Of a DNA stretch of 32,000 nucleotides, positions 27,377-32,000 are shown one piece after another. Made by a program: the position numbers and the translations under genes. Source of the DNA: Acholeplasma laidlawii PG-8A (GTDB lineage: Bacteria; Bacillota_I; Bacilli_A; Acholeplasmatales; Acholeplasmataceae); contig NC_010163.1 in assembly GCF_000018785.1 (NCBI RefSeq), positions 600,001-632,000 of the forward strand, in the 5' to 3' direction. The notes beneath the pieces were generated by a model that saw only the letters and a list, made by a program, of their open reading frames with translations, had not been told where the DNA came from and did not search any database. Numbering within the stretch: the first letter of the stretch is position 1; the number at the start of each line of letters is the position of its first letter.

Positions 27377-28363
27377 ATGTACAATCTAAAAAGTAAAAAA
27401 GCAACAAAAATTGAAAAGGTAACTTTCTCGGATTTAGGACTACTGGAAAGCGATATTGAAGAAGTTCTTAGAACAAATATAGATATGGTTTGTGATGATG
27501 AAGAGTCCTTGCTCATTATTGGTAGACAAGTTAAAAATGAAAAGAATGGTCGAAGTGACTTAACGGCAATTGATAATAATGGATCTGTGGTATTAATCGA
27601 AATTAAACGTGATAGAAAAGATATCGAAGGCAGAAAAGAAGCTTTTGAATTTCAAGCAATCAGGTATGCTGCTAGTTATGCAACTATAAAATCTGTAGAA
27701 GAATTAGTGAAAATTGTCTATGCTCCTTATATTGAAAAATATAAAGAAGAATTTACACTAAATGAACTAACATCATACGAACTTGGACTTAGAAAAATAA
27801 AAGAGTTTTTGAAAGTTAATAATGCCATAGACAAGTTCAATGAAAATCAACGAATTATATTAGTTGCTTCTGAGTTTGACGAACAGACTTTGTCAGCAGT
27901 TGCTTGGCTCAATAAAAACAAAGTCGATATGAGTTGTTTTAAGCTAATTCCGTATAAATTAGGTTCGGAGATTTATTTGGATACAGAAAAATTATTACCT
28001 GTGGCAAATTATGATGATTTCTACGTGAACTTGCTTGATAAATCAGAACCAGCTCAAAGAGTTTCAAAAGGAATAACGAGAAGAGCATTACCTAAAATTG
28101 ACACAATGCTTACATGGGGTGTTGTTAAAGCAGGCGATATTATACGAGCAAAAGATAGAGAAGATGAAGCTATTCTTCTGAAAAATGGGAATGTTAAAGT
28201 AGATGGTAAAGAGTTATCAATGCAAGTATGGCTTAAAAATCTTTACGGATGGTCAAGTATTCAGACATATGTCTTTGCAATACATAAAGAAAGCAATAAA
28301 ACATTGTCTGAAATTAGAGAAGAATACATGATTGAACAAGAATTGAAAGAAATTCAAGAATAA
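27377..28363 (+). CDS. PD-(D/E)xK nuclease-fold protein (NucS/DUF91-like N-terminal half) with a C-terminal domain of unknown function
   Basis: GRSDLTAIDNNGSVVLIEIKRD fits D...ExK. QAIRYAA and IILVASEFDEQTLSAVAWLNKNKVDMSCF resemble NucS-like proteins. The last ~100 aa are unassigned. Lies 69 nt after hsdR on the same strand. Confidence 0.5.
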   Translation: MYNLKSKKATKIEKVTFSDLGLLESDIEEVLRTNIDMVCDDEESLLIIGRQVKNEKNGRSDLTAIDNNGSVVLIEIKRDRKDIEGRKEAFEFQAIRYAASYATIKSVEELVKIVYAPYIEKYKEEFTLNELTSYELGLRKIKEFLKVNNAIDKFNENQRIILVASEFDEQTLSAVAWLNKNKVDMSCFKLIPYKLGSEIYLDTEKLLPVANYDDFYVNLLDKSEPAQRVSKGITRRALPKIDTMLTWGVVKAGDIIRAKDREDEAILLKNGNVKVDGKELSMQVWLKNLYGWSSIQTYVFAIHKESNKTLSEIREEYMIEQELKEIQE

Positions 28364-28370
28364 TTTTATT

Positions 28371-28416
28371 TTATTACGCCGATAATCTGTGTATGTGGAC
28401 TAACAAAATGGAAACG
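28371..28416 (+). repeat. copy B of the ~46-nt direct repeat
   Basis: See 19861-19906. Begins 8 nt after the stop codon of the PD-(D/E)xK gene. Confidence 0.7.
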
Positions 28417-28492
28417 GAAAGAAATGTAATACAATATGAAACTAAAGGTTGTTATTGGTTGGAAAAGACCAAAAATAATGTATGGTTTCGAT

Positions 28493-28509
28493 TATGCTTT
28501 AAGCATATA
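28493..28509. promoter_or_regulatory. second exact copy of palindromic 17-mer TATGCTTTAAGCATATA, upstream of the TerS-like operon
   Basis: Identical to 14581-14597; a degenerate relative TATGCTTAGTGCATA lies at 16723-16737. It sits just upstream of TTGACT (28517-28522) and TGCTATAAA promoter-like elements. Confidence 0.45.
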
Positions 28510-28691
28510 GATAAAAGTTGACTATTTTGATATGCTATAAATAACATGGAATACTGGCTTTAAAACCAGCCTAGAAATAATGGGAATTCAGAAATGAGTT
28601 CCTTTTTGTTTTTGCAGAGATACTTGTAGTATTCCAACTGGTAAACTATTACAGTTTTATGCAATGACAGTTGTACAGTTGGAGTGATTGA

Positions 28692-29216
28692 ATGAAAGGG
28701 AAAATGCTAGATCTGTATGAGCGTTGGGAAGAATCTGGACATCTAAATAGTAGATTAAAAGCCATATCTGAAATGATATCTAAAAGAGCAACTCAAAGAC
28801 AAGTTGCTGAATACTTAGGGATCACAGAAAAAACACTCATTAAGTTAAGAAAAGCCCATCCTAAATTGAACAAAGCATTTCAATATGGGGATGAGGAGTT
28901 AAAAGAGAAGCTTGTCGATGCAATGTATCAACGGGCTGTTGGATTTGAATACGAAGAAACACAAACTGTGATTGAAGAGACTAAATCGGGTACTAAAAAA
29001 CGTATCACAAAGTATAAGAAGCAGTCGCTTCCTGAAATCACAGCGATTAAATATTTACTCATTACAAAGTTCGGTATTGAGTATAACGAGAAAAAAGCAG
29101 AAATCGAACTGATGACCAAACGATTAGAAAAAGGTGAAGAGGTATGGATCAATGAATATCGTGATGAAGAAAGTATCAGCACTCCAAGAGTACGAAAACA
29201 ATCCAAGAAACAATGA
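28692..29216 (+). CDS. phage terminase small subunit-like protein (HTH)
   Basis: HTH ATQRQVAEYLGITEKTLIKLRKAHP followed by AMYQRAVGFEYEE...LPEITAIKYLL, a pattern I associate with Gram-positive TerS proteins. No TerL follows within the window. Confidence 0.5.
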   Translation: MKGKMLDLYERWEESGHLNSRLKAISEMISKRATQRQVAEYLGITEKTLIKLRKAHPKLNKAFQYGDEELKEKLVDAMYQRAVGFEYEETQTVIEETKSGTKKRITKYKKQSLPEITAIKYLLITKFGIEYNEKKAEIELMTKRLEKGEEVWINEYRDEESISTPRVRKQSKKQ

Positions 29217-29439
29217 TGCTGCAATTGAGGCTGTTGCTAAGAGTATAGAGGCGTTTGGATTTAAAGTTCCGATTGTGATCACTAAAGATCATGTCATTAT
29301 TGCAGGACATACAAGACTCAAAGCAAGTCTTAAGCTTGGACTAGATGAACAGAAGAACAAATCAAAGCATTCAGACTTGCGGATAATAAAACAGCAGAAC
29401 TTGCGACTTGGGATTTTGCAAAACTCGAAGAAGAACTAG
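29152..29439 (+). pseudogene. ParB-like nuclease N-terminal domain, detached by a deletion/frameshift from the downstream methyltransferase
   Basis: MNIVMKKVSALQEYENNPRNNDAAIEAVAKSIEAFGFKVPIVITKDHVIIAGHTRLKASLKLGLDE, then nonsense. The expected continuation TEEQIKAFRLADNKTAELATWDF is in the frame of the next ORF. Confidence 0.7.
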
Positions 29440-29450
29440 CAAACATTGAA

Positions 29451-30335
29451 ATGGATATGTCACTCTTTGGATTTGAGGAACTAGAAGCAAATGTACCAGA
29501 TAGTGCTACCGATGATGACTTTGATCCAACAGATGATCTATCAGATGTTCCTTATTCTCAAAAAGGCGATATTTATATCTTGGGTAATCACCGAGTGATG
29601 TGTGGTGATTCTACAGAAAAAACTGATGTTAAGAAACTGATCCAAGATGATCGGATTGATCTAGTTTTTACAGATCCACCATACAATGTTGATTATGAAG
29701 GCACAGCTGGAAAAATAATGAACGATAAGATGGAAGATAATACCTTCTATCTTTTTCTTTATAAAGCCTTTGAGAATATGTTTGAGCATACGAAACCAGG
29801 TGGTGCTATTTATGTATGTCATGCAGACACTGAAGGACTCAACTTTAGAAATGCCTTCAAGAATGCTGGGTATAAACTCGCAGAGTGTCTCATTTGGGTA
29901 AAGAATGCACTAGTGTTAGGTAGACAAGATTATCACTGGCGACATGAACCTATTCTTTATGGTTGGAGAGAAGGTGCTGCTCATTACTTTGTGGATGACC
30001 GCACACAAGATACCATCTGGGAATATAACAAACCAAAACGAAATGAAGAACATCCAACAATGAAACCTTTAGAACTCGTCGGTAAAGCTATCGCTAATTC
30101 ATCCAGAGTAAATGAGATAGTCTTAGATTTATTTGGTGGTTCTGGATCAACCATGATCGCATCTGATCAGCTTCAAAGAAGAGCAAGAATCATGGAACTG
30201 GATGAACGATTTGTGGATGTGATTGTAAAACGCTATTTAAAGTACAAAGTATCACTTGATGATTGTTATCTCATTCGAAATGGAAAAGAGATACCGCTTA
30301 GTCATATCAACGACTTTCAGATATTGTCACTATAG
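29451..30335 (+). CDS. DNA N6-adenine/N4-cytosine methyltransferase domain (beta class), orphan
   Basis: DLVFTDPPYNV (motif IV) precedes LDLFGGSGST (motif I). The internal Met at 29451 could allow expression without the ParB domain. Confidence 0.8.
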   Translation: MDMSLFGFEELEANVPDSATDDDFDPTDDLSDVPYSQKGDIYILGNHRVMCGDSTEKTDVKKLIQDDRIDLVFTDPPYNVDYEGTAGKIMNDKMEDNTFYLFLYKAFENMFEHTKPGGAIYVCHADTEGLNFRNAFKNAGYKLAECLIWVKNALVLGRQDYHWRHEPILYGWREGAAHYFVDDRTQDTIWEYNKPKRNEEHPTMKPLELVGKAIANSSRVNEIVLDLFGGSGSTMIASDQLQRRARIMELDERFVDVIVKRYLKYKVSLDDCYLIRNGKEIPLSHINDFQILSL

Positions 30336-30426
30336 TGAGCAAATCTTGTCGAATTGACTTGCTATTTAATGCCTTTAGAGTGATATATAGTAGTAACCAA
30401 AAAAGGTTAGGAAAGAGGCAATAGCG

Positions 30427-30753
30427 ATGAAAGTCAAATTTGAAACGAGAGCATTCAAAGAACAGATTATTCCACAGGATGATTTTGTAGTTGAGAAAGT
30501 TGTCGAGATATCACAAAGACAGTTTAATAAGTTCTTAGATGATATGCTTGGCGATTATGATTTCATAAAAGCTCACAAGGATTTAATGTACACAGACAGC
30601 AAAAACGTGTGGCACGCAATTTTAGTAACAACTAAAGCATTAGACTATGGAATCCTAGTACAAGCAGATGGTTCAAGTTATGCTAGATACTCCGCATTTA
30701 TTAGAAAAAGTGAGATAGGAGGATTAGGTGATGGAAAAACAACAACTGCTTAA
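30427..30753 (+). CDS. hypothetical 108-aa protein, paralogue of 31541-31846
   Basis: Shares IPQD-F-VEK, DYDFIK-H--LMY-D, H--LVT, GILV---G--YARY-AFI with the 101-aa ORF. Confidence 0.6.
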   Translation: MKVKFETRAFKEQIIPQDDFVVEKVVEISQRQFNKFLDDMLGDYDFIKAHKDLMYTDSKNVWHAILVTTKALDYGILVQADGSSYARYSAFIRKSEIGGLGDGKTTTA

Positions 30754-31165
30754 AGATTTGATTCAAGCGTTCAATAGTGGAAGCTTTGAATCAAGTGATG
30801 TTAAAGTTCAAATCAAAGCTGGATGGTATGATTGGTTTTGTAAAGACTCAAGCTTAAAGAATAAAACCAAACGCATGGGCAATATCATCAAGCAAATTAA
30901 ACCAGGCGGCAAGGTTGATCTAGATAACAGTTATGTCTGGTTCAAAAACAATTGTCCACTTCAAGGTAGTCTTTATGATGATTTTAGAATTGCAGATTTA
31001 GAATCCGATGTCACATTGATTGTTGTTCAACTAAACTCACCATGGCATGACAAGACTTACACAGTCTATGAACGATTAACACACTATGAAAAAGTTGTGT
31101 TTTCAACGGACTCAGTTAAAGAACTTGTTAAGTGGTTAAACGAAGGGTGGGAAACGCATGTATAA
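30731..31165 (+). CDS. hypothetical 144-aa protein (GWYDWFC motif)
   Basis: GGAGGA RBS 7 nt before ATG 30731. No assignable domain. Confidence 0.55.
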   Translation: MEKQQLLKDLIQAFNSGSFESSDVKVQIKAGWYDWFCKDSSLKNKTKRMGNIIKQIKPGGKVDLDNSYVWFKNNCPLQGSLYDDFRIADLESDVTLIVVQLNSPWHDKTYTVYERLTHYEKVVFSTDSVKELVKWLNEGWETHV

Positions 31166-31544
31166 CTATTACAATAGACATCCTAAAGGTATCAAAACTG
31201 GTGACTGTGTGGTTAGAGCAATCTCAACAGCATTTGATAAAGACTACATGGAAACAAGAAGAGAACTCAATCAGAAAAAACGTGAATGGAGTTTCACCAG
31301 TTACAAGGATACAGAGTTTATCTATAAGTATTTAGAGAATCGTCCAAGATACATTTTTAAAGCGGTTAAGGGTGAACCAAGGATTAAGGGTACAGACTTT
31401 GCACAGCTACATCCAACAGGAACATTTATATTAAAGATGGCCGGACACTTGAGTGTCTGTAAAGATGGTGTCATTCTAGACATTTGGGATTGCACCTATA
31501 GAAGTGTTTATACAGCATGGAGAATTGACGAGGAAACAACATGA
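31158..31544 (+). CDS. hypothetical 128-aa protein with a possible Cys-His-Asp (papain-like) arrangement
   Basis: TGDCVVRAIS (Cys), MAGHLSVC (His), ILDIWD (Asp). Order and spacing resemble small cysteine-peptidase folds. Speculative. Confidence 0.45.
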   Translation: MYNYYNRHPKGIKTGDCVVRAISTAFDKDYMETRRELNQKKREWSFTSYKDTEFIYKYLENRPRYIFKAVKGEPRIKGTDFAQLHPTGTFILKMAGHLSVCKDGVILDIWDCTYRSVYTAWRIDEETT

Positions 31545-31846
31545 AAGTAAATTTTATAAGAAAACCAACACCAGAGGAACTTATCCCTCAAGACGAATTT
31601 ATCGTCGAAAAGACCATAATTCTAGAAGGTGACGTATTTGAAGGATTCATCAGAGAACCATTAAACGATTATGATTTCATCAAAGAACATTTAGAATTGA
31701 TGTATTGTGATAAGGAAGGCATATTTCACTGCTTGTTAGTCACGTCCGATAAACATGACTTTGGTATCCTGGTTGAAAGTGAAGGATATCATTACGCTAG
31801 GTATGCAGCATTCATACCACTTATTAAAACCAAAACAGAAAATTAA
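31541..31846 (+). CDS. hypothetical 101-aa protein, paralogue of 30427-30753
   Basis: See 30427-30753. ATGA overlap with the upstream gene. Confidence 0.6.
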   Translation: MKVNFIRKPTPEELIPQDEFIVEKTIILEGDVFEGFIREPLNDYDFIKEHLELMYCDKEGIFHCLLVTSDKHDFGILVESEGYHYARYAAFIPLIKTKTEN

Positions 31847-31870
31847 GGAAGCGAGTAAGCTTCCTTTTTA
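31845..31870 (+). terminator. rho-independent terminator
   Basis: GGAAGC-GAGTAA-GCTTCC followed by TTTTT. Confidence 0.7.
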
Positions 31871-31893
31871 ACTATTTAAAGCGAGGAAAACAA

Positions 31894-32000
31894 ATGAAAA
31901 TTATAACAAGTGAATCTGTCTTTAAAGGACACCCAGATAAAATATGTGACCAAATCAGTGATGCAATCTTAGATGCACATTTAGAGCAAGACAGAAATGC
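31894..32000 (+). CDS. metK: S-adenosylmethionine synthetase, N-terminal 35 codons (runs off the window)
   Basis: [35 protein letters not shown] matches the highly conserved MetK N-terminus (SESVxxGHPDKxCDQISDAxLDA). GAGGAAAA RBS. Confidence 0.85.
   Translation, partial: MKIITSESVFKGHPDKICDQISDAILDAHLEQDRN

Noticed and set aside
29134-29216. Programmed translational frameshift or coupling between the TerS-like gene and the ParB-like ORF (about 65-80 nt overlap)
   Set aside because: There is no slippery heptamer or downstream structure at the overlap. The ParB-like domain has its own plausible starts (29152/29164), so the overlap is more simply explained by an over-extended ORF call.
28928-29224. 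98-aa antisense ORF over the TerS-like gene; also the 31132-31335 alternative-frame ORF and 6184-6381(-) inside the IS
   Set aside because: Each is nested in a better-supported coding frame and has no independent support.
1-32000. CRISPR arrays, tRNA/rRNA genes, large inverted repeats
   Set aside because: Scanning the intergenic regions by eye showed no regularly spaced repeats, no tRNA-like cloverleaf segments and no rRNA-like GC-rich blocks. Only the short repeats listed above were found.

Overview
AT-rich bacterial chromosome segment using the standard genetic code: many genes end in TGA, several as ATGA start/stop overlaps. Gene content looks Bacillota/Acholeplasma-like. Almost all genes are on the + strand, in three blocks. 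(1) 1-5.64 kb is host core. It holds a truncated pheA-like gene (-) and a B. subtilis Mhq-type quinone/hydroquinone detoxification operon (two ring-cleaving VOC dioxygenases, a MarR regulator, a carboxylesterase) with a perfect 18-bp palindromic operator. A membrane protein, a Nudix hydrolase and an RNA uracil-5 methyltransferase follow. (2) 5.6-14.44 kb is an integrase-less island inserted in the 3' end of the methyltransferase gene and bounded by an exact 23-nt direct repeat. It carries a decayed IS3-family element, an HExxH gene remnant, a HEPN-like protein plus Rad50/RloC-like ABC ATPase pair, a Pycsar-like cyclase plus membrane effector pair, and three small orphan ORFs. (3) 14.5 kb to at least 31.9 kb is a phage-derived element, either a prophage early region or a PICI-like satellite. 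It encodes a large serine recombinase, a divergent CI/Cro-type switch, an extra tyrosine recombinase, an antirepressor, an excisionase-type HTH and a replication initiator. It also carries a complete type I R-M (hsdMSR) followed by a PD-(D/E)xK protein, a TerS-like protein, a frameshifted ParB-DNA methyltransferase, small paralogous proteins and the start of metK. I saw no rRNA, tRNA or CRISPR array. The best candidate for an undescribed system is the 7.4-11.0 kb HEPN-like/ABC-ATPase operon, possibly acting with the adjacent Pycsar-like pair. Secondary candidates are the three small ORFs at 12.5-14.0 kb and the PD-(D/E)xK protein appended to the type I R-M. All domain calls come from motifs read by eye; no database search was possible.
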